64,000 bases of DNA from contig BFEA01000020.1 of assembly GCA_003427395.1 (NCBI GenBank), positions 4,562,938 through 4,626,937 on the forward strand, written 5' to 3'. Positions 10,275 to 23,031 of this stretch are shown here, in pieces. Positions within the stretch are counted from its first letter, which is position 1. Every line of letters begins with the position of its first letter. The notes beneath the pieces are model-generated. The model was not told the origin of the DNA. It saw only the letters and a program-made list of their open reading frames with translations, and did no database searches. Both the position numbers and the translations under genes were made by a program. This DNA comes from Chara braunii. Taxonomy: Eukaryota > Plantae > Charophyceae.

Positions 10275-12012
10275 TGGTCACGATCCCGTTGTCGAGCGCA
10301 TCGACCCGACACTGCTCGTGGCAGCACGGGACCCTCTCGGCCGCGTCACGCAGGAGTTGGACTAACCCTTTCGCAAACACACAAATGAAGCTTCTTTAGG
10401 CCGCTCCGGCCGAGTGGGCCATCCATACCTCTCGCGAGCCCGTACGACAGGATAGGGTCCACGCGAGGCACAACTTACTTCCACCTTACGGGAGCTGTCA
10501 CTTTCATTCGGTGGGCGTATCCTCGCCGAGCTGCCAGTCCACAGTACGAAAGCTACTCAATTGCAATCGCAGAGGTGGACCAGCCGAGGGCGTTTCTCGT
10601 TCGCTGTAGCATAGGGGGTATGAGCGGTAGCACGCCTATCGGACCCGCACGAGGACCGACACCTTGGGGGGCTGAAGTCCCAAGGGCGGTTCGTCGCCGG
10701 TCGGCTAGGACGTATCCCACTTACCACGCATACACTACTCTACAAACACAAAGGGAACGCACGCACACACATACACACACAGAACGACACGACACAAACA
10801 ACGAGACGACGCCCCTAGCCCCTCAGTAGCCGTCCCATAACCCTTCGACGCAGAAATCGGGTGAGCGTCGCGCGCGAGGCTTTAGTATAAAAATCGTGCA
10901 GACGCAGGGCTACTCACATTTGACTTGCGATGCAAACGTGCGCAAGCGGTCGTAGTGATGACGTACTATATGGTACCCACATCCATGCGGTCCTCATCAA
11001 TCTCGAGGGTCGCATTCGACACTCAAGTGTCGGCTGGCACGCGCCTTGAGGGTTAATCTCTTGACGTTGAACAATCGCCATGAGCGGTTGAAGATCACAC
11101 CCTCTTCTGCACCCTGTGCAGAGGGGTTGAGTAGACAGCTTTGGGTTGTCGTGGCGGTCAAACATCAAGGGTTTTGACTTTGACGGCCGCCACGGACTAT
11201 AACGTCCAACCATAAAAAAACGCAAAAAGGAAACTCACTCCAGTTCTCATTACCTGATGGCCCCATTTGAATAGAAGGGGGTGGATAAGCCCAAACGACG
11301 CGCGCGCGGAGGAGGTCCGGTATCCTACCCATAGGCTACGTGGCGTCGGGGATAATGAGGCCCGTACACGGACTCCCATAGGCTGACCGGGGCTAGTCCT
11401 CCGTCCACGTGCCGCTTTACGTTACCAAAACCCCAAGTTTACTCGCTGTGTCGCGCTCGTGGTCTCGCCGCCTGACCCATAACTCTTTTAGTGCGGGATG
11501 CGACGAGTGTCGCGCGCGAACTTAGTATAAGATCGCGAGGGCGCTGGACTTTCACATACTATATCGCTATGCAGCTCTACGTGAGTAGCTGAGATGACGG
11601 CGCATTATGTGGTGCCCACACCCAAATGGCCTACTCTGAGCCAAGGGGTCACCTTTTGACGCTCAGGCGTTGGCTGAAGCGCAAGCCAAAGGGGGTAACC
11701 CTTTAGTTGGCGCAAAATCGACCGGAGGCCCCTTTCCACCTTCTGCACCCTGAGGTGTCCCAACGGGTGCGGGGCAAGACGGCCCCTAGGGCAGGAGGGA
11801 GTTTGGAGCGGTGGTGAGTTGTCTAGCGCATCACCAGCAACACGCTGACCCTTCCGCCCGGAACTTTATCGTTCTACCAAGATAAATTGCAACAAGGAAA
11901 AGCAACAAGCACCTTTACCGTTTATCAAGGAAAGAAGAGTCCCTCTCGTGTTAGGCTCAGACCAAAACTTGGGTGTCGAATAGTTGCTAAAAGCGCATTC
12001 ATGTCCGTGACA
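10275..12012 (-). mobile_element. LTR (~1.74 kb) of an LTR retrotransposon, probably a 3' LTR
   Basis: The minus strand starts TGTCACGG (12012; alternatively TG at 12016) and ends GATCGTGACCA (10275). A polypurine tract GGGGGGGTAAGAA lies just upstream (12017-12030 on -). It interrupts the Plavaka relic. Confidence 0.6.
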
Positions 12013-12704
12013 GACATTCTTACCCCCCCTGTGCCGAAAACATCAACACTGCAAGTCTACGGGCCGGATCAAAGTATGTTTCTTCATTATGATAATCGTT
12101 CAATGGTGGTTCTCCATTATTTTGGTCGTCGTCATTGTCGTCGGGGGCCATATCATCATGCTCGATCATGTTGTTCTCATTCATATCAACATTCATTTAA
12201 AGGTTCGTGTCTTCAGCCGCAGCAACTGTCATAGGACAAACCCTTGCACGATGTGAATTCATAGTATTTAAAGACCCGACTCATCGTCCGCACATACATG
12301 TTAAAACACCTTGGGACATTTTGTCTCATTGATTGCAAGTTAATTGCATGGAGATCCCGGTGCTCTACCTGTTCCAACAACAATACTCATATTTAATTTC
12401 GCATTCTTGACTTACAACAAAAAATAGCTCAACAATATTCATAATTTGGAAATGTTTTATCATCATAGATGTTTTCTAAGTCATTGATTTTCCGACAATT
12501 TGTTTTGTTTCCCAACCATGCATTAATTACACTTACACAAAAAAAAACAAAGGTAAAAAAAATGAAAACCACATGCATTTAATTATAGACCTGTTCAAAA
12601 CAACTTATTTTTGTCACCATCATTGTATTTCCTTTGTGTATTCATTGTGAACGTGTTCAATACTATCGACCTTCAGTCCGGTTAGGTAAGAGAGAAAAAA
12701 CATT

Positions 12705-12767
12705 TGTGTGTTTGTTTGTTTGTTTGTGTGTGCGTGTAGGTGTGTGTGTGTGCGTGTGTGTGTGTTT

Positions 12768-12861
<94 letters not shown>

Positions 12862-12864
12862 GAG
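12705..12864. repeat. (TG)n followed by (AG)n microsatellite
   Basis: Directly visible; it explains the VCVC/HTHT ORFs. Confidence 0.95.
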
Positions 12865-13462
12865 ATTACCGCTGCATTTGAAGGACTGTCAAGGTGAGGT
12901 TCCTCTGCGTTTTGACTACGGTTTAACCATCTTTGTAGTGCTTCGGTCACCATTGCGGGACCCTCAGAAGCGCGAAGGTATCAAGGCCCTCTCCTGAGAG
13001 TTGAGTCAGTCTCCTTCTTGTATCTCGAGAATCTGAAACCCCTTATCTTCTGCCCTTCTCAATCTCAGTCTAATCCTGTTCAGAGAGGACGGCGGTAGGC
13101 AGGATTGCAACGCGTAGGGCTGCAATAAGACTCAGTGGGGAGTCTGGCCACTAATTGCGGAAGCTCTGCCGGAACTCAGGACGAGTTCTGGAGGCAGGGA
13201 ACTATCAGGTATACTTCTTTCTGTCTGTATGAACCCACCACACCCTTGTTTGACTATCTCCCTTTAGTTTGACTAATTGTATGCATGAGATCCCCTACAA
13301 TTTTTTTTTTTCTCTTCGGGATTCAATTATACAGAATGAAAGGAATATATGTGAGTGAAGCCTAAGTTTATCTTTATTTTGACTGAAAGCAGACTAAGGG
13401 ATGAACTGGGGGAAGGTGGGAGGAAGGCAGTTTTGCATATATTTGACCGGGTCAACCAAAGA

Positions 13463-14088
13463 CCGGGTATTGTTTCTAAGCTGAATGACCCAGGACTATG
13501 TTGAATTTGATGTTTTATGAAGAACTAGACATTGTTTTTAAGTTGAATGGTCTGGTCGCTATGTTTATTCCTTAGGGTTTGCCTGGCTGAAGGGTTCAAT
13601 CTCTTGTTTCATTTTGAGGGAGAATTCTTTGTCTAAGGCTAAGCATTGTTTCCAAGCTGAATGGTTTAGCCTGAAAACCACGTACATAAGTATAAACTGA
13701 ATATAACAGGAAGTATCCTTATTTATACTTGCATGTGAACTGGCAGTTGGACATTGTTTCTAAGCTGAATGGTCCAACGCTAAGCCATATCATTAAAGAA
13801 AAAAAAGGAAAATACGAAGTATAATTGAAGATAATCTTGGTCAATTGAGCATTGTTTCTAAGTTGAATGGCTCAGTCCCCTGCCCATATTTTCACTTCTT
13901 TTGAAAACAAAGTCAGAAAGTTACTAAATTTTAAATATTAAAAAGTTCACGACGACTAGACATTGTTTCCAAACTAAATGGTCTAGTCATATGCCCAAAA
14001 AATAGAAAAGTAGTTGTGCAACCTGTTCGTGTATATTCTAAAGGCATGCTAAACATTGTTTCTAAGTTGAATGGTCTAGCACCATGCA
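13463..14088 (+). repeat. Array of 7 hairpins with core CATTGTTTCTAAG(C/T)TGAATGG
   Basis: Cores at 13468, 13530, 13644, 13752, 13850, 13961 and 14054, with unit-specific stems (AGGCTAAG/TTTAGCCT, GTTGGA/TCCAAC, GACTAGA/TCTAGTC). Confidence 0.9.
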
Positions 14089-14497
14089 ATATGTAAGTTG
14101 GGTATAAGGGCTAAATTATCTGAAAGTTTCATGAACTATCTGTGAGGATTTTTTACTTGAGGATGGTGAGAGTACTTATCTTTGTGGTTTGGCCTGCATA
14201 TGGTTCAGTGAGATCACTACTTAATTTGAATTTCAGTTTGACAAGTAGTTGTTTTAGGTGCTCGTCTCGTGCTAGAGCTATAGGAGTTAGTATCAATTCC
14301 TGCATTTTCTGAGTTAAGTTTTTTTTACTTAGGTAAATTTTCGCATTTTCTAGGATCAATTGTTATACTTGGCTTTGTATAAAATTTAGTAAGTTATTTT
14401 CTCTACGGGAAGCGCTGCCGAAATTTCTGCAAATAAAAAAAGTTAGTCAAAATTTGACTCCTCGGAATTCAACTTGTCTAATTTTTATATATGGCTT

Positions 14498-15304
14498 CAG
14501 GGTTGCTGGCGTTCGGGACGGGCCGAACGCCCGAACGTACGGGACCCCTTCGGAAGGCGTTCGGCCGTTCGAGCCGAACGCCGACAAAAAAAAAANNNNN
14601 NNNNNNNNNNNNNNNNNNNNNNNNNNNNNNNNNNNNNNNNNNNNNNNNNNNNNNNNNNNNNNNNNNNNNNNNNNNNNNNNNNNNNNNNAAATAAACTAAA
14701 CAACATTTGTCTAGGCACTACATCCAAATTCTTTACCAAATTTGAATTAAAAATCAAATACAGAAAATAAATACTATGATAAAAATATGGAGAAAAAAAG
14801 AAAAAAAAAAAGAAAAAAAAATTAAAATGAGTGAGTGTAGGAGCACCTTTTCGACACCGCCATCTTTGCCGATTTTTAATTATGTTTTGGCATTGATAAA
14901 TACCCTGAAAATTTACAAACATGTAGCTTGCATAATAAATAACTCATTAAAAATATTTCAAAAAATAATAATTTTTTTTAGGCCCCGAAATAAATTGAAA
15001 ACAAAAAGTTAAAAGTGAAAAAAACAAAATACTGAGTGAGCGAGCACGTTTTGACACCCCTATCTTTGACGATTTTTAATGTTTTTTTTGTTTGGCAGAG
15101 TGGCTTCAAAATTTATAGGCGTGCAGGTTACATCATAGAGAACTCACAAAAGCAAACTGAGAAAAACAAACTTATTTTTAGGCCTCAAATTGTTTTTGGA
15201 CGGGGGCCGAACCTGGAGGTGTTCGGCCCCCGAACGGGACCCCGAACGCCCGAACGTTCGGGGGCCAGCCCGGGGGCCCCCGAACATTTGGTCAGGTAAC
15301 CCTA
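14498..15304. mobile_element. hAT-like MITE (family 1)
   Basis: TIR CAGGGTTGC…GTAACCCTA. 8-bp TSD TATGGCTT (14490-14497 and 15305-15312). CCGAAC/GTTCGG subterminal repeats. Copy A has the single empty site TATGGCCT (~8468). Confidence 0.88.
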
Positions 15305-16859
15305 TATGGCTTAGTAAAAATCTGGAAAGTCTCCTTTTCTAAAGGGAGTGCTGCCCAAATGTTTGCTAATTAAGGGAGTTAGACAAAATTTGACTTTGAA
15401 AAGTTGAAGATTATTTCTGTTTTAATATTCGAACTGATATAAATTCTGGAAAGACACTTTTCCTACGGGAAGCGCTACCTAAATTTTCTTAGTATAAAGG
15501 AGATAGATTATATTTTGACAGGTGGCAATTCTGACGATCCACTCTGAATACAGGAGATTCTGCCAAAGGGCTACCTTTCATTGGGCACTTGCTAAGAGGT
15601 AGGCTTAGACTTAGTCATGAGAAGATTTCGAGTGCGAGCATGACATGGGGATTTACTCTTCATACACTTATAAGTTGAGTCTGAGAATTGACTTGTCTTG
15701 TGCTATAGGTCCTTTATTGATTGATTCAATTCAGGATTTGACTAAGATTCAGCTTGATCCCACGAGGATCATCTCCTGTTATCACTGATGACAGGTCGGT
15801 TGGTTGATCGTCGACTCATCGGCTCACGATACAACTTTGTTTACACCTGTACCTCAACTTGATTGCCTTAGCCCTGAGATTTGATATGTTTCTTAGAGGG
15901 TTTTAATCGGACTTCTGTTAATGACTATTATAAAGAACTCATGAGATTTATGAAAAAATTAACTATGACTGGGGTTTGAGTGTGTGGGCGTGGTGAGAGT
16001 TACAGGGAACAGTAAAGTTGACCACACTGATTAATGACAATGTGGCTATTGTGTGTGCGTGTGTTTTATGCAAGTTAGTATTTTGGAGCTTGGTATACCT
16101 TGGAGACAGTGAGAATGATAACCATATGACGCACGATCTGCATATCTGATGGGTTTATGTTTCCCTTTCTTTTATCTTATCTCGAGTTCTGATTTGATAT
16201 ATGAGCATTGGGTGTTTATTTATTTACTGATTGATTTTGCTTGTTAATTTTTATAGTTGGACGTTGTGGTCCGTGGCATCCGTCAAAGTAAAACCCCTTG
16301 ACTTCTTTCTAGACCCTGGATGAGAGAGTTAGTCTCCAGGGCAATAAGAGACGTTACCACCACAAGTATGAACCTATGTACCACTCACTCTCCGCTGGGT
16401 GCAGAAGAGGGTGTGAATTTCAACCACACTTGGCGGTTGTCCAGCGCAAATAGATCAATCCCTCAAGCGCGCGTGTCAGCCGACACTTGAGTGTCGAAAT
16501 GCGACCCTCGAGATTACCAAGGACCACATGAGTATGAGTACTACATAGTACGTTATTATTGCGACTGCTTGCGTATGCTTGCATTGCGAGTCGATATGAA
16601 TTAGCCCTGCGCTTGAGTAGTTTTATACTAAGTCTCTCACGCGACACCTATCTGATTTCCGCGTCGGAAAGTTATGGGATGACTACTAAGGGACTAGGAG
16701 TGTTGTCGTGTTGTTTGTTCTGTGTCGTTCTGTATATGTATATATATGTGTATGTGTTTTTATTTTATGTTGTTTAGAGTAGAGTATTTGTGGTGTGTGG
16801 AATGCGTCCTAATCGACTGACGACAAGTCGCGCTTGGGACCTCGGCCCCCCACGGAGAA

Positions 16860-17143
16860 GGTCTAAGCAAAAAAAAAAAAAAAAAAAAGTTATAAAAAAC
16901 TATGCTATGCAAAAATATAAACAGAAAAACTTTTGCCTAAGGATGTACTCAAATTTTTTTACCAAATCGTAAATAAAATTTAAATTATTATTATTTATTT
17001 TTTTCTTTGTCCGACCGAGTAAGTGGTCATGGTCCACTCTGGTAGCCTTATTTTAAATTTAATTTGAAATTTGGTAAAAAAAATTGGTATGACCATGAAA
17101 CAAAAGTTTTTTAATTTGTTNTTTTGCGTAATAGTTTTTTTCC

Positions 17144-17179
<36 letters not shown>

Positions 17180-17250
17180 TTTTTTTNTCCTTGCACGGTC
17201 GGGTCACAAAAAAAAACAAGGTGAAACGGGCGGTCGAGCTGGTAGCCTAG
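16860..17250. mobile_element. Two abutting partial copies of hAT-like MITE family 2
   Basis: Termini CTGGTAGCCTTA (~17050) and CTGGTAGCCTAG (17250). Internal sequence matches 34913-35201. Confidence 0.65.
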
Positions 17251-17390
17251 GATATATTTATATATACATATATATGAGAGTAGTGTTAATGCCCACCTCA
17301 AGGTATCAATTGTCTTGCAGTCGTTGATGCTTAACCAAAACTTAAAGTTAAGGTGGATTATCACTTACACTGTAATCAGTTAGTAAATTT

Positions 17391-17453
17391 CACATACTAT
17401 TGAGTGTTCAACCTGCTAATTAGTCGGTGAACTCCTACGAAACAGTTTGTCAC
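17391..17453 (+). ncRNA. Degenerate type III hammerhead ribozyme motif (copy 2)
   Basis: catactATT-gagt gttcaa cctg-CTAATTA-gtcgg tgaact cctac-GAAAC-agtttgt. Inverted homolog of 19960-20021, with a mutated core. Confidence 0.5.
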
Positions 17454-18242
17454 ATCCTCTTGTTTGTTGTCCTCATCTCTCTTTCTTTTACCGTTTACTG
17501 AAGAGCTTTGTTTGACAACATATGTATATGTACATATAAATGTTTAAAAGTTTAGATTTTTTTCTTATATATATACTTATTTAAGATAGATACATATGTA
17601 TATACAAGGTTAATCACCCGAACGTTCAAGGGGGTCTCCACGCCCCCTGTGAACGTAAGGGGGTTCGACCAAACATCCTAAAGTTATCCCCAGACCCAAA
17701 TAATTTTGGGGACTAATTGTTTTTTGTTTTTTAATCATTTTGGTGTGTTTTGCAGTATGTAGAGTACATGCGTGTAAATATTTTTAAAACACGCAAGATG
17801 ACGATGTAAAAAATGTGTTCACTCACTCACTATTATATTTTTTTTATTTTTTTCCCCCGTCAACACTTCTAATGTGTGTGTTTGTGTGTGTGTTTGTATG
17901 TGTATTTGTATGCGCACGCGCGAGCGGGCGAGAAAAAAAGAGAGAAAGAGAATAAGGGAGAAAAAAAAAAGAAAAAAAAAAAGAGAGAGAGAGGAAGACC
18001 GTGGTCTTTTTACGATCGGGCCGCCCGGGAAAACAAGATCATTTGGCGCCCTGACTCGTAGAATAGTTTTGTATTTTTTTCCGTTTGCATTCGGCCAAAC
18101 ACGTCTCCAAGGGGGGGTAAATGTTTAGTCGTTCGGGCTTAGGGATTCACCTTGAACTCAACACTGATAATTGTGTGTATGTATATTGTCAATTTTTTTT
18201 TTTTTTAATTTATATTCGTTTTATTGTATATATATATATATA

Positions 18243-18503
18243 TAGGGTTGCCAGGCTGAATGTACGGGGGCCCCGAAGCTGACCCCCAAACGTTCGGTCA
18301 TTCGGGTCCTCAAACGGGGCCGAACCTAAAAGGGTTCAGACCCCACAACACAAATATTTTGGCATCTAAATGTTATTTGTTTTTTTTTTATTTTTTTGGT
18401 GAGTTCTTTGTGATATAAGGTATCTCCCTCTCAATTTTCAGCCCTGTATACGAGGTTGCCGAACGTTCGAGCGTTCGGCCCGTCCCGAACGCCGGCAGCC
18501 CTG
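18243..18503. mobile_element. Short hAT-like MITE (family 1) in a TA run
   Basis: TAGGGTTGCC…GGCAGCCCTG termini, TATATATA on both sides, CCGAAC subterminal repeats. Confidence 0.75.
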
Positions 18504-19113
18504 TATATATATATTTTTATTTTTATTCACATTTATGATATTCCGATGTACATTTTAAGATCTTATACGTTATTTTCTGTGTAGCATCGTGTTCGGGTTC
18601 ATTGACCGAACCCGAACGTCCGAGACCGAACGTGAACGAGCACCGAAACTCTCCAAATGCGAACATAAAAATATTGAAAAAAAAAAAAAATGTTATCTGA
18701 AAAATTTGACACAAATATATGTTATGTAAAATAATAGTACAAACAACTTTTTCATGGGAGGTATGCTTAAATTTGTAACCAAACTCGAGTTAAAAATAAA
18801 AAAACAAAACAATTTTTTTTTTTTTTTTTAATATGTTTGGCCAAACACGTTCGGGAGGCGTTCGATCGAACACCCGAGCATGTTCGGACGTTCTGAAAAG
18901 CTTCAAACATGTTCGGTGTGCTACACAAATTATTTTTAATAATATTAATAGTTTTTATTGAGATACTATTAATATTTTATACATTACTTCTAGTAATATT
19001 TATATTTACACTTGACATAAAATTCATATTGTAACTCATATTTGTATTTATAAATATTTATAAATGGATATATTCAGTGCATTACTAGGTTATCAGAGCG
19101 ATCCAAAATCACT

Positions 19114-19867
19114 TGGGTGACTTGGCCAGGCCGAACGTACAGAGGCCCCTAAGCTGACCCCCGAACGTTCGGGCGTTCGGGTCCCCGTACGGGGCCCAAA
19201 CTCGAAGGGGTTCGGACCCCGCAAAAAAATATTTCGGTACATAAACTTTGTTTTTGTGAGTTCTTTGTAGTGTAAGCTACATGTCTCTCAATTTTAAAGT
19301 CATTCTGTAGAGCCAAAAAATAATGAAAAATCGGCAAAGATGGTGGTGTCAAAACATGCTTTCCCACTTACTAATTTGTTTTTTTTCTCATTTCACTTTT
19401 TGTTTTCCCTTTATTTCGGAGCCTGAAAAAAAATATTATTTTTCTAAACTTTATTAGTAGGTTCTCTATGATGTAAGACACAGATGTATAAAATTTCATG
19501 ACATTTGACAAAGCCAAAAAAAAATGAAAAATCGCCAAAGATTGCAGTGTCAAGAATTTGCTCGCCCACGCAATAATTTAATTATCATTTTATTTTTTCT
19601 TATTTTCATTAATATTATTTATTTTTCGTATTTGATTTTTATTTCAAATTTGCTAAGAAATTTGGATGTACTGTTGAGGCATCTGTTGTTTAGTTTATTC
19701 TTTCGTATGACATAGTTGTTTTTTAGAATTTTTGAAAACGTTTTTTTTTTTTTTTTTTTTTTTTTTTTCCCCGTTTGGCCGAACATCCGAACGAGTTGAG
19801 AGGGGTTCCCAAACGTTTGGGCATTCGGGTTCGGGTGTTCGGCCCGTCCCGAACACCGACAATCCTA
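19114..19867. mobile_element. hAT-like MITE (family 1), opposite orientation to 14498-15304
   Basis: Internal sequence is a reverse-complement homolog of 14498-15304. Right end is GACAATCCTA. Confidence 0.75.
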
Positions 19868-19959
19868 TATATATATATATGTATATATATCGTCACAAAC
19901 AAAACTGTCCGGTAAACCGTAGGCAGAGAGAGAGAAGAGGACAACAAACGAGGGGCTGT

Positions 19960-20021
19960 GACAAACTCTTTCGTCGGAGTTTCACCGACTCATCAGGAGG
20001 CTGAACCCTCAACAGTCTGCA
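19960..20021 (-). ncRNA. Type III hammerhead ribozyme motif (copy 1; probably weakened or inactive)
   Basis: Minus strand: tgcagact-GTT-gagg gttcag cctc-CTGATGA-gtcgg tgaaact ccgac-GAAA-g agtttgtca. The CUGAUGA/GAAA core and stems I-III are complete, with one mismatch at the base of stem III. Confidence 0.75.
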
Positions 20022-22609
20022 GAATCCCTCACTGATTACAGTGTAAATGATAATCTACCTTAACCAAAATCAAAGTAGACTATCACTCACCCGCACCAAA
20101 TTGAAAACTCTACAGACTGTCGGTTCACACCCCATCATATTTTTATATCTGGTAATGAATTCCGCATAACCTTGAGACAAAAGTTGGTCAAATAAAAAAA
20201 AAATAGTGTTTTTTTTTCCATATATATATTTTTTTGTTGGGACCTTCCTTGTTTTTTGCACGACCGGATCGCCCGGGAAAATAGGGTGACATAGGTGGCC
20301 CGACCGGTAACCTAGATACAATACGTATTACATTTTTTAAAAGAGGAATTATTTAATTGACATGAAGTTATCGAAGTCAACTCTTTAAAAAAAAAAATCA
20401 TATTGACTTATATTTCCCCTACCTTACTGTAACATCTAATCAATGAATCAACGAATAAATCAATCAAAGATAGAATCAAATAATAAATTATTCAATTATA
20501 AAAAATAATTTTTCAATAAAATCGTGCAACGTCATTCAATAATTGATTGATTCCTATATTGATTGATTGGTTGATTGATTGATTGGTTGATTGATTGATT
20601 GCCTGGTTGATTGATTGATTGGTCGATTCATTGATTAATTCATTGATAGATGGATGACGCTCTACTTCGCTAACACGAAAACGCAAGCCAAAGGAAAAAC
20701 AAAAAATCAGAGATAATAACACTCACGTTCCCTTAGTAGTGGCATTATATATTTAGAAAAGTGTGAGAGGACACTCGCCGATGGCTTTGTCCGACATCAT
20801 AGATATCGTAGTTGTGATATTTTTTTTATTTTTGTTTATCCAAATTTTTTATCATATCGATCATATTTGAAATCTCACCAACGGGTGATAATTTTGCCCC
20901 GAGACGGACAATACGAGAATATAAAAAAGTGGCCTGCGTTATTGAAAGTTACCACAGTGAGCGATATAGTGGTGGTTAAATAATGAATAAGTTTATTAGG
21001 TTGTTGTTCTCGAAGAGAACTATGCAAATTAATAAACATACATAAAAAATAGATAAATAAAACGATTAGTATTTACCTTACCTTACAATAACAATCAAGC
21101 AATGAAACACCTACTCAATTAATCAATCAATCAACAAATAAATTAATCACTCAATCGGTCAATAAATAAATTAATAAATTCGATAATTCAATGAAGTAGT
21201 GACACATGATTGATTGATTAACCGACTGATTGATTGATTGATTGATTGATGTAAAACTTCGATCGGAGAGCGAGGATCGAGGAGGGCGAGAAGGCTCGGA
21301 GGACGGAGCTGAGATGGTCGCTGAGGGGTGAGGGGGAGATACACTGAGGGAACGACAAATAATAAAAAAAATTGTTGAGAGAGGGAAAAATAATATCGGA
21401 TCTTGGGGCGAGTGTGGACGGGGTGGGGCAGCATGAGGCGGGTAGCAAAGGTTAGCAACGTGCATAAGATAAAAGCGGGAGAAAAAATGGAGGAATTGAT
21501 AAAAGATTGGGGGAGGGTTGTCTGGTGGTAGGCATGAAATAATAATAATAATGGAAGAGGAAGGGTCGAGGAAGGAGCAAGAGAGAAAAAATTTTGTTAC
21601 GATTATAGTGGGTCGGGGGGTGTGGAAGCAGGGCGGGGAGGGGGGGAACTTGGGAGAGGTTTTGCTATGACATAATGTCATCCGGAAATAACGGTGAAGC
21701 AAAAAATATTTTTTTGTAATTTTTTTTCTCATCATAAATCCGTTGTAGGAGAAGGATGACGGAGAAAAGGGGGGGGTGACAAACTCGACAGACAAACAGT
21801 CAATTAATCAGTCATTCTTCCAATCAATCAATCGATAATGATCCATAAAATAAATTGAATCGATCAAACATTTATTGAATCAATTAAATCGATTCAATTT
21901 AATCAATACATATTGATCGATTCGATCCATTGAAATAATATTCATCGATTGATTGATCGAAAAAAAAAACAAAAAAAAAAAAAACAAAGAGCATGGGCAG
22001 GGGAGGGTCGGGAAAGGGCGGGGATGGACTGATGAGGCTTAACGACATTTGGCCGACGGTCAGGGAGAGTTAACTGAGAATCGACGAAAATAGTTTATCC
22101 GTTCTCTCTCTCTCCCCCGCTCTCCCTCTCTCTCAATCTGTCTTGCGGGTGAAATGACAGATGTCGAATCATCAATCAATGTATCGAAGTTTTCTTCACT
22201 ATACAACGCTACGAAAGGTTGATACTTTATGTAATTTGCAACCTTTTAACACGACGCTACGAAAGGTCGATACTTTATGTAATTCGCAGTCCCTGTATTC
22301 ACTAAGCGTGCATGAGTTCGGTCGAAGCGACGAGACTTGTAGAGTTTCAAGCATGAGTGGTTAATAGGGACCCCCAGTTTCAGACCCTAGGTAACGAGTC
22401 CAAAATTCAAATTAGGGTTTGGGGGTCAAATTATATAGTTTTTTTTTTGCATGTTTTTATGTTTGTTAAATGTTGTTGTGTGCCAAATTTAATGTCGTTT
22501 GGAGCATTAGAGTTTTATTTCTTAAGATTTATTAAATTTCTCAAAATTTTTAAAATTGAAATGTTGACGGAATTTCATGAAAGTGCCATTTTGCCTTGCC
22601 GTTTAATAT

Positions 22610-22681
<72 letters not shown>

Positions 22682-22879
22682 CGTTTTTTTTTTCTTCTGC
22701 AGTTAGTTAGTATGGTATCCACACTATAAATTGATAACAAATTTGGTTAAAATGACCTTTTTTTATTTTTTTTTATTTTTTATAATGGCATGACAAATGA
22801 TATGAAAATCATCGTCTCTGTTAACCTACTCTCGTTCCGAGTGAAATATGATTCATCGATCAAACAATTTGATCAAATA

Positions 22880-22975
22880 ATTGATCGATAAATCAATCAA
22901 TTAATCAATCAACTTATCAATCAACCAATCAATCAATCAATCTATCAATCAACTTATCAATCAATCAATCAACTT

Positions 22976-23031
<56 letters not shown>

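Larger units (their letters stand above)
12865..16855 (+). mobile_element. Non-coding repeat element, copy B, with a hairpin array; its 3' part is homologous to the LTR at 10275-12012
   Basis: Homologous to 6621-9320. Segment 16250-16855 is an inverted, diverged copy of 10662-11220. Interrupted by a hAT MITE at 14498-15304. Confidence 0.7.

Noticed and set aside
22029-22065. CTGATGAGGC…GGCCGACGGTC as a minimal hammerhead
   Set aside because: It lacks GAAA and I found no stem I pairing; at best a decayed relic.
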